A DNA stretch of 64,000 nt, taken from positions 1,848,385 to 1,912,384 of the forward strand of contig OZ253582.1 in the NCBI GenBank assembly GCA_965263085.1, in the 5' to 3' direction. Positions 52,807 to 62,725 of this stretch are shown here, piece after piece. Position numbers and translations under genes: made by a program. Source of the DNA: Nitrospinales bacterium (GTDB lineage Bacteria > Nitrospinota > Nitrospinia > Nitrospinales > VA-1). Under the pieces are notes generated by a model, which worked only from the letters and a program-made list of their open reading frames with translations, did not search any database and was not told the DNA's origin. The stretch's first letter is position 1, and the number at the start of each line of letters is the position of its first letter.

Positions 52807-54108
52807 ATGGGGATGACGATTACAGAAAAGATTTTAGCCGCGCATGCGGGTAAAGAGTCGGTTCGACCCGGCGACAATATCTGGGTAGATGTGGATGTGT
52901 TGATGACTCATGACGTTTGCGGGCCGGGCACTTTTGCGATTTTTAAAAAGCAGTTTGGCGAAAACGCCAAAGTATGGGACCGGGACAAGGTGGTGATCAT
53001 CCCCGATCATTTTATCTTTACCAAGGACACCCATGCCAATAGAAATATAGACATCCTGCGCCAGTTTGTGAAGGAGCAGTCCCTGCCGCATTATTTTGAT
53101 GTTGGGACGGATAATTATAAAGGAGTGTGCCACATCGCCTTGGCTCAGGAAGGGTTTAACAGACCTGGCGAAGTGTTGTTTGGCACGGATTCGCATACCA
53201 GCACCTCCGGCGCGTTCGGCATGTTTTCTACAGGTATTGGCAATACCGATGCGGCGTTTATTATGGGTACCGGCAAGCTCTGGGTCAAGGTTCCCGAGTC
53301 GATGTGTTTTGAGTTTACAGGCACATTTCCCGAGCATGTTATGGCCAAGGATGTGATCCTCAATGTGATTGGTGACATCGGGGTGGACGGTGCGACCTAC
53401 CGGGCGATGGAATGGCGGGGTGATGCGGTTATGAGCCTCTCAATGGAAGAGCGCATGACTCTGTGCAACATGGCGATTGAGGCAGGCGGGAAAAATGGCA
53501 TCATCGAAGCGGATGACGTGACTCTCGACTATGTTCGGCAGAGAACGGATGCGCCCTACAAAATTTATAAGTCTGATGACGACGCGCGGTATTTTTTCAA
53601 AAAAACCTACAATGCCAGTGAGATGGAACCGATTGTGGCCAAGCCGCATTCTCCCGACAACAAGGCCAAAGTCAGTGATTGTGTGGATGTCAAACTCGAT
53701 CGGGCCTATATCGGTTCTTGTACCGGTGGCAAGCTCACCGATTTTATGGCGGCAGCCAGACTCCTGAAAGGTAAGAAAGTAAAGATTGATACCTTCATTG
53801 TGCCTGCGACTCGTGAAGTCGAGCAAGACTTGCATAAGGAAGAATTAGGCGGTGAAAAGTTGATAGACATTTTCAAAAATGCCGGAGCCTATCTGGGCGA
53901 CCCCTCCTGCGCGGCGTGTCTTGGTGGGCCGCAAGATACTTTTGGCCGGGCTAGGGACAATCAGGTGGTCATCTCGACCACCAACCGGAACTTTCCCGGA
54001 CGTATGGGTTCCAAGCAGTCGCATGTTTATCTCGCCTCGCCTTACACGGCGGCGGCTTCCGCTTTGACCGGGCACATTACCAATCCCGCGGAGTTTTTCA
54101 ATAACTAA
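52807..54108 (+). CDS. leuC: Aconitase-family dehydratase large subunit (LeuC/HacA type, 3-isopropylmalate or homoaconitate)
   Basis: ~433 aa. Motifs MTITEKILA, GTDSHT and IGSCTGG. Substrate specificity is not decidable from sequence by eye. Confidence 0.8.
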   Translation: MGMTITEKILAAHAGKESVRPGDNIWVDVDVLMTHDVCGPGTFAIFKKQFGENAKVWDRDKVVIIPDHFIFTKDTHANRNIDILRQFVKEQSLPHYFDVGTDNYKGVCHIALAQEGFNRPGEVLFGTDSHTSTSGAFGMFSTGIGNTDAAFIMGTGKLWVKVPESMCFEFTGTFPEHVMAKDVILNVIGDIGVDGATYRAMEWRGDAVMSLSMEERMTLCNMAIEAGGKNGIIEADDVTLDYVRQRTDAPYKIYKSDDDARYFFKKTYNASEMEPIVAKPHSPDNKAKVSDCVDVKLDRAYIGSCTGGKLTDFMAAARLLKGKKVKIDTFIVPATREVEQDLHKEELGGEKLIDIFKNAGAYLGDPSCAACLGGPQDTFGRARDNQVVISTTNRNFPGRMGSKQSHVYLASPYTAAASALTGHITNPAEFFNN

Positions 54109-54120
54109 AACCATAAAAAA

Positions 54121-54687
54121 ATGAATAAAGTGATTGAAGGTGTTGCCTATGTTCTGGGTAATGATATTGATACGGATCAGATCATTCCTGCCGAACATCT
54201 GGTGTACAGTTTGAGTGACCCTGAAGAACGCAAGAATTATGGCAAGTTTGCTTTGTCGGGTGTGCCTGCCGACCAGGCGGGTTTGCCGGATGGGAATGTC
54301 CTTTTTACTGAAAATGGGCAGAGCGAGTCGAAATATTCCATCATTATAGGCGGAAAAAATTTTGGTTGTGGGTCTTCCCGCGAGCATGCTCCCGCTTGTA
54401 TGGAGATTGCCGGAGTTCGGGCGGTCGTCGCGGAATCGTACGCGCGCATTTTTTACCGCAATTCAGTGGATGGCGGGTTCTTCATTCCATTTGAATCCGT
54501 CACACGCATGGTCGAAGAGATCAAAACGGGGGATGACCTGGTCATTGATTTGAACGCGAGTACTCTCACCAACCGCTCTGCCAATAAAACTTATGAACTG
54601 AAATCGTTGGGTGAGGTGATTGAGATTATTGAAGCGGGTAATATTTTTGAGTATGCCCGAAAGACAGGGATGATTCCATCGGCCTGA
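54121..54687 (+). CDS. leuD: Aconitase-family dehydratase small subunit (LeuD/HacB type)
   Basis: 188 aa. GKNFGCGSSREHA motif, adjacent to the large subunit. Confidence 0.8.
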   Translation: MNKVIEGVAYVLGNDIDTDQIIPAEHLVYSLSDPEERKNYGKFALSGVPADQAGLPDGNVLFTENGQSESKYSIIIGGKNFGCGSSREHAPACMEIAGVRAVVAESYARIFYRNSVDGGFFIPFESVTRMVEEIKTGDDLVIDLNASTLTNRSANKTYELKSLGEVIEIIEAGNIFEYARKTGMIPSA

Positions 54688-54714
54688 ATCGGTTTGCTTT
54701 GCTGAAAATAAATT

Positions 54715-55557
54715 TTGAGCTTCATGACGTGGTGGACAAAAATGGGCACTGAAAAAACCCTTAGATATCCTGTGTTTAAGATTTTGATGTTCCTGTTTGT
54801 TATTTTGCTTTTGAGTCAGGGAGTCTCCGGGATTTTAAAGGCAGAAGCCGGGGAGATGGTCCTGGTTCCTGAAGGTCCCTTCACGAGAGGAAGTTCCGAG
54901 GCGGATATTCTATGGGTGGCGAAGCAATTTCATTCCGAATCGCTGGACTGGTACCGCGATGAAACCCCGGCTCATAATGTGACTCTGCCTGCGTTTGAGA
55001 TCGACAAATTTGAAGTCACCTTTAGGGATTACGCTTTATTTATGGAGGCCACGGGTAAGCAACCCCCGCGGGAATTTGAGAATTCACGTTTGAACCATCC
55101 CCTGCAACCTGTGGTGAGCGTTTCTTGGCAGGACGCGAAGGATTATTGCGCTTGGGAGAAGAAACGCCTGCCAACAGAAGCGGAATGGGAAAAGGCGGCA
55201 CGGGGTACCGATAAACAGCATTATCCATGGGGTAACGAACCGGACGCTCTCAATGCTAATATTCGTGGCAAGGGAGATAATTTTCGCAATACCAGTCCGG
55301 GAGGTAAGTTTCCGGAAGGAGTCAGCCCTTATGGGGCAATGGATATGTCCGGCAATGTCTGGGAGTGGACCGAGGATTGGTATCAACCGTATCCGGGCAA
55401 TGAACACCCGAACGATTTCTATGGCGAGCGGTTTAAAGTGATCAAAGGTGGTTCGTGGGATTCCAATCTGGATCTGGCTCGCCCGGCAATTCGTGGTAAA
55501 GCGTTTCTGGATCAGAAAAAAAACTATATTGGCTTTCGTTGCGTAGCCCCGAAATAA
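54715..55557 (+). CDS. Formylglycine-generating-enzyme (SUMF1) family protein, secreted
   Basis: 280 aa (TTG at 54715; alternative ATG at 54724). MVLVPEGPFTRGS, the NVWEWTEDWY motif and RGGSW-like KGGSW. Confidence 0.8.
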   Translation: MSFMTWWTKMGTEKTLRYPVFKILMFLFVILLLSQGVSGILKAEAGEMVLVPEGPFTRGSSEADILWVAKQFHSESLDWYRDETPAHNVTLPAFEIDKFEVTFRDYALFMEATGKQPPREFENSRLNHPLQPVVSVSWQDAKDYCAWEKKRLPTEAEWEKAARGTDKQHYPWGNEPDALNANIRGKGDNFRNTSPGGKFPEGVSPYGAMDMSGNVWEWTEDWYQPYPGNEHPNDFYGERFKVIKGGSWDSNLDLARPAIRGKAFLDQKKNYIGFRCVAPK

Positions 55558-55573
55558 ACAGGAGAACCTTATC

Positions 55574-56425
55574 GTGTTGATTCATAAAAAAGTAGTACAG
55601 GCAGTTTTGGTGTTGGCTTGGTTGGTCTGGTCTCTGCCCGCAATTGGAGCCGGGGAGCATTCGCCTCATGAAGGCAAATCTATGGGGCACGATTCTGGAA
55701 AACAAGGCGGCCACACTGGCGCGGCAAAAAAAGGACATAGTGACGGTGGAAAGCATGGCGGGCATGGTTATGGCCGACCAAAAGGACCGCCTGCGGATAT
55801 CCCGGCCCATATCAGGGAAAGACTGGATGCGGATGGCACAAAAATCAATTTAAACCGATCATTGATAGGCGTGAAGGGCATGCGGATCCTTGCCGATATG
55901 CCTGAATTAAGAAATGTAAAGTCTCTGGCTTTGCAGGGAAACAAGTTGGGGGATGACGGAGTGCGGATTCTTACACAATCGGAAACCTTCAAGCATACTG
56001 AGAATCTTTCCTTGTGGGAAAACAAGGTTTCTGCTCAGGGAGCAAAGATGATTGCCGAGTCGCCCAATATGAAAAACCTGAAAGAACTCAAACTGACCCG
56101 CAACCAGATAGGGGATGCAGGTGTGGAGGCACTGGCCGCATCAGAAAATTCCACAGCCATGACCTTTATGGATTTGAGCGCCAATGAGATCAGCGACCGT
56201 GGAGCTTTGGCGATTGCCAACTCACCCCGGTTTGCCAACCTGAAAACCCTGGATCTTTATAATAACCGTATCACTACAGAGGGAATGAAGGCTCTGTTAC
56301 AATCCAAAAACCTGAAGAGTCTGGAAATGCTCATTTTGGTGCGCAACGAGATTGACCTGGCAAAAGCCGATGAACTCGCCAAAAACCAAAGCCTGCCGAG
56401 TTTGAGAAGGCTGGAACTGGAGTGA
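55574..56425 (+). CDS. Secreted leucine-rich-repeat (RNI-like) protein with a His/Gly-rich linker
   Basis: 283 aa with a GTG start and a signal peptide. It carries ~28-aa repeats (LxLxxNxIGDxGxxxLA). Confidence 0.6.
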   Translation: MLIHKKVVQAVLVLAWLVWSLPAIGAGEHSPHEGKSMGHDSGKQGGHTGAAKKGHSDGGKHGGHGYGRPKGPPADIPAHIRERLDADGTKINLNRSLIGVKGMRILADMPELRNVKSLALQGNKLGDDGVRILTQSETFKHTENLSLWENKVSAQGAKMIAESPNMKNLKELKLTRNQIGDAGVEALAASENSTAMTFMDLSANEISDRGALAIANSPRFANLKTLDLYNNRITTEGMKALLQSKNLKSLEMLILVRNEIDLAKADELAKNQSLPSLRRLELE

Positions 56426-56434
56426 CCGGTTTCT

Positions 56435-56620
56435 TTAACGATATCGGCGGTCGTTATATTGGTCTATTTTTTCCTGCACCTGATGAGCGCCTCGCATCAG
56501 AGCATCCAGCATTTCCTTGAGTGCTTCGACTTCCTCAGCCGTGGATTCAGCGGCTTTTAAATTTTCCGCTTCATCTTTTACTTCCTCAATAATGGTGTCG
56601 ATTTCTTTAAGCAATTCCAT
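56435..56620 (-). CDS. Hypothetical 61-aa helical acidic protein
   Basis: ORF convergent with the LRR gene. I recognise no family. Confidence 0.35.
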   Translation of the reverse strand: MELLKEIDTIIEEVKDEAENLKAAESTAEEVEALKEMLDALMRGAHQVQEKIDQYNDRRYR

Positions 56621-56849
56621 AGTATTTAACCGGGTTTTTGTTCGTCATACCTCTTGGCAACAGGTCTGTTACTCATCAATACCCCTTCTACCTGTTTTGG
56701 ATATGAAGTCATGAAAAAATATCACAGACCTATGAAATTTATGCAAGGGTATATCACAGTTCCATGTCTGTTGGTCTGTTTTTAGATTCAAATTCTCAAG
56801 GAAAGTTTTAGAAAATTTTTTGCGCGTTGTTTTCCTTGCTTCGGTGGCT

Positions 56850-57368
56850 TTAAAAAATAAATGCCAGAAATAGAAACAGTAAAATACATGTGATAATAAT
56901 TGTGAATAGGCCTGCTGCGCAGCCGTCAGCAGTTTCGTGTTGGACAATGTTTGGATTTTTAAATGGCTTCGGTTTCATTTTGGTTTTTTCTTCGAACTGA
57001 TAGTCTCTTTTGTCGCGCCAGCACTTAAGCACAGCCTCATAACGGGCGGCGGCTTCGCGTGTTTTAAATGGGCTTGATTGCCATACTTTCGTTGGATAGC
57101 CGCCAGCAGTTTGAAATGAACCGTTTGCTAAATGTGTGCGAATCCGGGCTTCTATATTTCCTGTGTGCCCGACATAATGTCCGTAATCGGTTTTAAGAAT
57201 GTAAACATAGAACGGGCGGCTATGCTGTGCATCAGAATTTTCAAAAATGGAATGATCTTCTGGGTCATGCCATCCACCACGTTTTCGAGCCTCATTACAC
57301 TGGTAACATCTGGTATAATATGCTTTAATTTCTCGCCCACAAACAATACAAGCGTGGTATGAAAACAT
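56850..57368 (-). CDS. Zinc-ribbon / GIY-YIG nuclease-domain protein with a C-terminal transmembrane helix
   Basis: The ATG at 57368 gives 172 aa. CIVCG...CYQCN; GIY-YIG core FYVYILKTDYGHYVGHTGNIEARIRTH; tail GLFTIIITCILLFLFLAFIF. The track ORF's extra N-terminus is a read-through of tRNA-Phe. Confidence 0.7.
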   Translation of the reverse strand: MFSYHACIVCGREIKAYYTRCYQCNEARKRGGWHDPEDHSIFENSDAQHSRPFYVYILKTDYGHYVGHTGNIEARIRTHLANGSFQTAGGYPTKVWQSSPFKTREAAARYEAVLKCWRDKRDYQFEEKTKMKPKPFKNPNIVQHETADGCAAGLFTIIITCILLFLFLAFIF

Positions 57369-57463
57369 GTTGGAAACTTCCTTGATTGGATTGAAGGTAA
57401 AAAAAGTAGAAATGCAAAGGGGTAATCGCAGGGGTTTTTCAGGTTTCCCCGGCAAAGAAAAAG

Positions 57464-57539
<76 letters not shown>

Positions 57540-57570
57540 AACACAATTTTGTTGCAATCAAAAGAGCGAA

Positions 57571-57599
57571 AATTAACACAATTTCCCTAATCCTGTCAA
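57571..57599 (-). promoter_or_regulatory. Candidate sigma70 promoter for tRNA-Phe
   Basis: On the minus strand: TTGACA (57594-57599), a 17-nt spacer, then TTAATT (57571-57576). It lies ~31 nt upstream of the tRNA 5-prime end. Confidence 0.4.
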
Positions 57600-57755
57600 T
57601 TGGGATCGGGGCTATAAATTATTATTTTTTCAGAGTTTTGTTGATTTGTAGCAGGTTTTTATCAGCTTTCCTTATTCATGAAGATATCAAAATAACCGTT
57701 ATAGATGCAAAAAGGCAAGAACATTACCTGATGAAATAAGGTTTTTCTCGACGCG

Positions 57756-59063
57756 CTAGCTGGAGTTCTTGCGGAACTGGTTCAGGTAGGTAGCCAGTTG
57801 CGCGTCATCGCAGTTGGCATCTACATAGAGATAGGTGTTGCGGGAACTGGAATTGAGGGCGAAGTTGATCCGGTCCAGTTGTACGCCATCGACAAACATG
57901 AGGGTGTCCCAGGGTGCTTGCACCCGATAGTCGCGGTTCTTCTTCACAAAGCGGATAAAGGTTTCGAAGGAACTGGCGCAAAGATCAGCTCGCAAGCCTT
58001 CCAGATCGCAGACGGCTCTTAATTGCGTTGGATTATTTTTGGTTTGCCCCTCCAGTTTTACAGCCAGCGTTGCCTTTTTAGTCGCCTGGGTTTTTAGGGC
58101 TTTGCGGGAAAAGTATTTTTGGATTTCTTGCGGTGGAAGATCGTACCGGATGAAGGCGTGAAAATCGCCATGGATCAGGGTGTTATAACGATTGAGGGTC
58201 ACCTGTCCCCAATGCCGCATCCTGAAATCGGTACTCTGACTGGCTTTGGCAAGGTTGCTGGCTCCCTGTTCGCACTCTTCCATAGAAATATCTACAGCGC
58301 AGACCAGATTTTCTAATTGCAGTTTGTTTTTAAAAACGGTTCCATATTTTTCCTGAATTTTTTCATACATTTTTTTCCGGGGATTCCAGGTTTTAAGCGG
58401 ATCCTTTACTAGGTACTCCCGCATTTTTGCGGGAGAATCGTTAAAGCCCAGAATTAGTTTTCCGGGGCTATCTGGCTCAGTGTGGGAGCGGGTGATGACA
58501 ACTTCCTGCCAGCCTATGGTTCTGAGGCTGGCAGGAAGTCTCACAAAAGCCAGATTTTCGTATCCTTTCAGGCAATCGTCGTTGGAAACTTCCTGTGAGC
58601 AGTAAAGTTGTTTTATCTTGAGTTTTCTGAAAATACCCTGTTTCAACCCACGAATTTTATCGAGAAAGGCGGTTTGTTCTTCCCGGCTCCGCCGCGTGTT
58701 GAAGAATTGTATGACTTCATCCTTAGTGGCGTTCCAGGGGATCAGAATGGTGTGAAACCCCGCGGTTTGTAAAAATCGGTTACTGATACCAATAACTTTA
58801 GCGGGATATTTAGAATCGGCAAAAGCTTCTCTCAAAGTACGGGTGCCGGTCAAACACTGCTTGATGAGCGGGACCTGGTCTTCCGTGAAACCGATTTTCT
58901 TTATAAAAGGGAAACATTCAAGTGTTTGCACACCGAATTGTTTTTCCAGTGCCAGTTTTTCTTCAAGGAGGTGGTGAAACGCGTTAGCGGTAGCAGGGGA
59001 TGGAATAAATAAGAACCCCGCCCAAAACGCTGAAAAAATTCGTAAAAAAAGTTGTATTACCAT
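57756..59063 (-). CDS. Secreted hypothetical protein built from 3-4 ~95-aa modules, each with a Cys pair
   Basis: The ATG at 59063 gives the signal peptide MVIQLFLRIFSAFWAGFLFIPSPATANA. Repeated motifs are LYCSQEVSNDDCLKG, LVCAVDISMEECEQG and AVCDLEGLRADLCASS. Confidence 0.65.
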   Translation of the reverse strand: MVIQLFLRIFSAFWAGFLFIPSPATANAFHHLLEEKLALEKQFGVQTLECFPFIKKIGFTEDQVPLIKQCLTGTRTLREAFADSKYPAKVIGISNRFLQTAGFHTILIPWNATKDEVIQFFNTRRSREEQTAFLDKIRGLKQGIFRKLKIKQLYCSQEVSNDDCLKGYENLAFVRLPASLRTIGWQEVVITRSHTEPDSPGKLILGFNDSPAKMREYLVKDPLKTWNPRKKMYEKIQEKYGTVFKNKLQLENLVCAVDISMEECEQGASNLAKASQSTDFRMRHWGQVTLNRYNTLIHGDFHAFIRYDLPPQEIQKYFSRKALKTQATKKATLAVKLEGQTKNNPTQLRAVCDLEGLRADLCASSFETFIRFVKKNRDYRVQAPWDTLMFVDGVQLDRINFALNSSSRNTYLYVDANCDDAQLATYLNQFRKNSS

Positions 59064-59143
59064 ACTCCAATTGTACCACCCGCCAAGCTTAGGAAGCAAA
59101 CCGCCGACTGTAGAGGTGGGGGATTATTAACCAAACTTACTTA

Positions 59144-61681
59144 TTACCATTCAATAAGTCCGCTGGCCTGTTCTTTCCATGTATCTTCAAACATCATACT
59201 GAAAGTGGCCGATGGCTCATTGACCATCATTTCACCTCTGTCAAGGGCGATCCTGTATGTTTTCTCAAGTGTATCCAGCAATTTTTTCTTGTAATCCGTA
59301 TCTTCATTTCCTTTTAAGTGGATGCCCTTTGTTTCCAGAATCAGAAGTTTTCCGTTATCTTTTCGGCAGGCCACAAAATCGGGATACACGCGGTGTCGTC
59401 GCCAGCCTTGCAGAGAATATGCTTGCCCTGTGGCGATTCTGTGCCACCAGTATATGGCGTCGCTCTTATCCAGATAGAGTGCGAAGTCTCGTTCCAAACC
59501 GTTAAAACCGCTTTCATAAACAGGGTTAAAAAGGCTTTGCTGTATGGGCCTGCCATGTTCGCTCTGCAATGATCTTTCTTGACTGGAAACAACGACCTCG
59601 AACGACTTGCTCAGCTCGTAGTCCAATCGCTCATCGGTCTCAAGATGAAACCTGATTTCATTTTGTCCGACTTTGTCGCGGAAAACCGATTCGGCTTTGC
59701 CATCTATGTCATCTTTCACTCGGTGTCGCAAAACTTCCGAAAGATAAATCCGGTTATTCAACAGTTTTGAATTATTGTGTTCTTTTCTCCTGTGCTTTTG
59801 AGTAAAACTCTCCGCCACACGCGCCGCCTGCCAAGGGTTGGGAACCATGTCCGCCAGTCGCCGGACAAAATAATCCAGGTTCAACCGCTCTCCGGTATCA
59901 ATCATTTCCTCGGAAGGTTTGCTTTCGGACTGTATATCAACCGTGACCTTGATCTCTCGAATGGTGTCTTCATCGTCAAGATTAACCGCTTCGCCTGCGT
60001 CAATAGCACCCCAGTTCACCGCGCTTAATATGTCGCGATCATAATCAATTGGACGCCATTTCTTTCCGTCTTTGTGCAGAACCTGTGGCAGAAATATATT
60101 TAATTTTTTGTATTTGCCCCGGCGTTTGACGGTTGTCCGCTCCGGCGCGTCTCCACTGCCGTATCCGTGAATAGAACCACCGAGTCCTGTAAGCCCCTCG
60201 TTTTCCAGCCCCGCCTTAATCCCTTTAACTGCATTACCTACGTCTTGGTTGTAGCAATAGATATAACATTGGTTCAGAGAGGCATATTTTTTGATTCTGC
60301 GGGCCTGTGGTTGTCTCATTACCCGCCCGACCATCTGCGTCATTGCTGTTGTCGCTGTCGTGTTATCCAGCAATGCAAGTACATAGGCAAACGAGCAATC
60401 CCAACCCTCTTTGAGCGCGTCTTTTGTGATAATCCAACGGACAGAACTTATTTCGCTCAGTAAATTCTCGCCCGCAAGCTCCTTCTGGTCCGATGATTGA
60501 ACCCTTATTTCAGTTTCTGGAACGGAAAGATTCCGTATCAGGTATTGGCGTGCGTCTTCGGAATGAATATACCCTTGCCGTCTTTGATCCCTGCCGGTTC
60601 TCTGTACTCTCACCAAAGCAATCGGGCGAATATAGCGGTCTTCTCTTTCTTTTAACTTTTGCGTCGCACTTTCCAACTGGTTCAATTTCTTCTGTGTTTC
60701 GGCAAGTGTGTGCTTCCAGTCGGAGTTACTGAAACTGTGAATCTCAACAGGCAGTTTAATCATTTCCTCGTCCTGAAGCTCGCTACCCGATGTGTTGACC
60801 AGGATATTGCTGATCCCGATTTTGGGCGTGGCGGACAGTTCAAGAGTAAAGCGGGGATTAAGCCGGTTGACGGACTTTACAAATTGCTTATTGTTATCAT
60901 CATTCTTGCCATACGCTTTGTGGGCTTCATCCAGAATTACCGTGGGACGGATCAGTTTGAGCACATTGATCAGGCTTTGCTTCACCGAGTCACCGCTGTT
61001 GCTTTTCTCCAGATCGGGATGTTGTTCTGAAAGTATTTTATTTGCGGTCGAATCATCCTGTTCCGGAAAAAATGACGTATATCCGCCGCTGTCCCGGAAT
61101 ATCTTGAGAAAATTCTTGTTCTTTTGCCGGTTAGCAGATGGCAGCATCAGCATCATGATGCAGAGATAGTTTTCAATATCCTGTTTCGTAAAACGGTCGG
61201 TTTTTTGAAGTAGTTTGACTTTGCCGCCGGAAATTCTTTCCAGCATCTGCCGGTAGGGATGTTCGCGGGTTTTGAAAGCCTTGATGGTCTGTTCATAGAT
61301 CGCTCTGGTCGGCACAATCCACAGGACAAAACCCGTTTCCTGTTTGACGCGCTCAAGTGCGGCGACACCCAGAAGCGTCTTGCCGCCGCCGGTCGGCACT
61401 TTCAGGCAGACATGCGGAATCGGCTCACCCGAATCTGCGGTTCGGGAGATGTATTCGGGGACTGCCATGTTTCCGTCTTGCGGAATGCCAGGGAGGATAT
61501 TTTGGTCTTTCAAACTTTGCCATGCGGAACGCGGATAGTTTTTCAATGCTTCGGGAAGATCAATTCCTGATTCCGAGAGAACTTTACCCGCTTTTTCACC
61601 TTCCAGCCGTGCTTCCTTGAGCGCGTCAAGCCAGCGGTCTAACTGCTCAAGAGCCTGTTGCTGGTAGTTTTTGAGTTGCAT
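59144..61681 (-). CDS. res: Type III restriction enzyme Res-like subunit (SF2 helicase plus C-terminal PD-(D/E)xK nuclease)
   Basis: 845 aa. Motif I VPTGGGKT, II LDEAHKA, VI QMVGRVMRQ. The C-terminal nuclease motif is YPDF...LILETKG. Confidence 0.8.
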   Translation of the reverse strand: MQLKNYQQQALEQLDRWLDALKEARLEGEKAGKVLSESGIDLPEALKNYPRSAWQSLKDQNILPGIPQDGNMAVPEYISRTADSGEPIPHVCLKVPTGGGKTLLGVAALERVKQETGFVLWIVPTRAIYEQTIKAFKTREHPYRQMLERISGGKVKLLQKTDRFTKQDIENYLCIMMLMLPSANRQKNKNFLKIFRDSGGYTSFFPEQDDSTANKILSEQHPDLEKSNSGDSVKQSLINVLKLIRPTVILDEAHKAYGKNDDNNKQFVKSVNRLNPRFTLELSATPKIGISNILVNTSGSELQDEEMIKLPVEIHSFSNSDWKHTLAETQKKLNQLESATQKLKEREDRYIRPIALVRVQRTGRDQRRQGYIHSEDARQYLIRNLSVPETEIRVQSSDQKELAGENLLSEISSVRWIITKDALKEGWDCSFAYVLALLDNTTATTAMTQMVGRVMRQPQARRIKKYASLNQCYIYCYNQDVGNAVKGIKAGLENEGLTGLGGSIHGYGSGDAPERTTVKRRGKYKKLNIFLPQVLHKDGKKWRPIDYDRDILSAVNWGAIDAGEAVNLDDEDTIREIKVTVDIQSESKPSEEMIDTGERLNLDYFVRRLADMVPNPWQAARVAESFTQKHRRKEHNNSKLLNNRIYLSEVLRHRVKDDIDGKAESVFRDKVGQNEIRFHLETDERLDYELSKSFEVVVSSQERSLQSEHGRPIQQSLFNPVYESGFNGLERDFALYLDKSDAIYWWHRIATGQAYSLQGWRRHRVYPDFVACRKDNGKLLILETKGIHLKGNEDTDYKKKLLDTLEKTYRIALDRGEMMVNEPSATFSMMFEDTWKEQASGLIEW

Positions 61682-61942
61682 TTAATTTGTGTTGCTATTT
61701 GGGTTTCGTTTCTCGGCGATGACCATTAATTTTTTTCTGTATATCTCTATAGAATGTTCTGTGAATGCGGCCCTAAAACTGCCATGGTGATTCCTTATTG
61801 AGCCGTACTCCATTGAATCCATGCTTTTATTCTATACCAGCTAGTCAGGTATCAGAATTGTCAGCACCAGTAGTTCCAGCATTTTTCCAACATTGATCCC
61901 TTTGTTTGCTTATACTTTTGACCACTAGATAGGGCAGTACGC

Positions 61943-62633
61943 CTATGTCAGCGTCATAGTATCCATATTGCCACCATGCATGTAACCTCTGAGTGGCAAG
62001 ATGGTCACACTATCAGCCGCGTTAACCAGTCTGTAGACAGGCGTCTTGATATGCGCTATCCATTCCTTATCACCCACTCTCGGTGACCCGAAGGTATAGC
62101 ACGCGGCGATACCGCTTTTATGAGACAATTTCTTTGCGGCGACAGTCGCCAAGGCGCCACCTAAGCTGTGCCCGGTAACAAGTAAAGGCTTATCCTTTAA
62201 CGCGCTTTCATCTAATTTTTTTGAATATCCAGAATGGCAACTTCATCAAAAGCTTCTTTAAATCCTGTGTGAATTTTCCCTCCTGTCTCACATCGCATGG
62301 TTTTTATTTTTGCGTCTGTTTTTAGATCTTTTAGGATGCTTTCGGTGCCGCGAAAGGCCAGGACAATAAATTCATCATTTCCCGCTAAAATTGCCTGGGT
62401 AGTCTGTCGATAATTTCAATATGTCAAATGTTTCAAGAAGCTTGATTCCTAAAACATCCAATCCCGCGTTTAGCTCTTATCCCTGCAAGACTGGTAGGCC
62501 AATTCCGACAGACATGCCATAAGCCAGGCGGTTCTATCGCTGTATGCCTGCCTGTAAGATGGTATCTTTTTGTCCAGTAAATCTTTAACTCGATTTAACT
62601 CTTTCTCGGTGGATCAGCAAGTATGCTGGTCAT
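61943..62633 (-). pseudogene. Decayed class-3 lipase (alpha/beta hydrolase) gene
   Basis: Recognisable segments lie in different frames: YSDRTAWLMACLSELAY; LDVLGIKLLETFD; TQAILAGNDEFIVLAFRGTES...KIHTGFKEAF; KPLLVTGHSLGGALATVAA...YTFGSPRVGD...VNAADSV. There are at least four frame interruptions, one of them in the A/T7 run near 62215-62221. Confidence 0.75.
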
Positions 62634-62725
62634 TATTATCTCCCGACGTATTGTTTATAAATAATTGTGTTGATTGTAGAGCCGATTGATCATCGTCGTT
62701 TGTAAAATAGTTGGAGCCAGAGTTG

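Noticed and set aside
56719-56759. Direct repeat ATATCACAG occurring twice, 32 bp apart, downstream of the GIY-YIG gene
   Set aside because: It is short, AT-rich and occurs only twice. This is compatible with chance, and no flanking structure suggests an att site.
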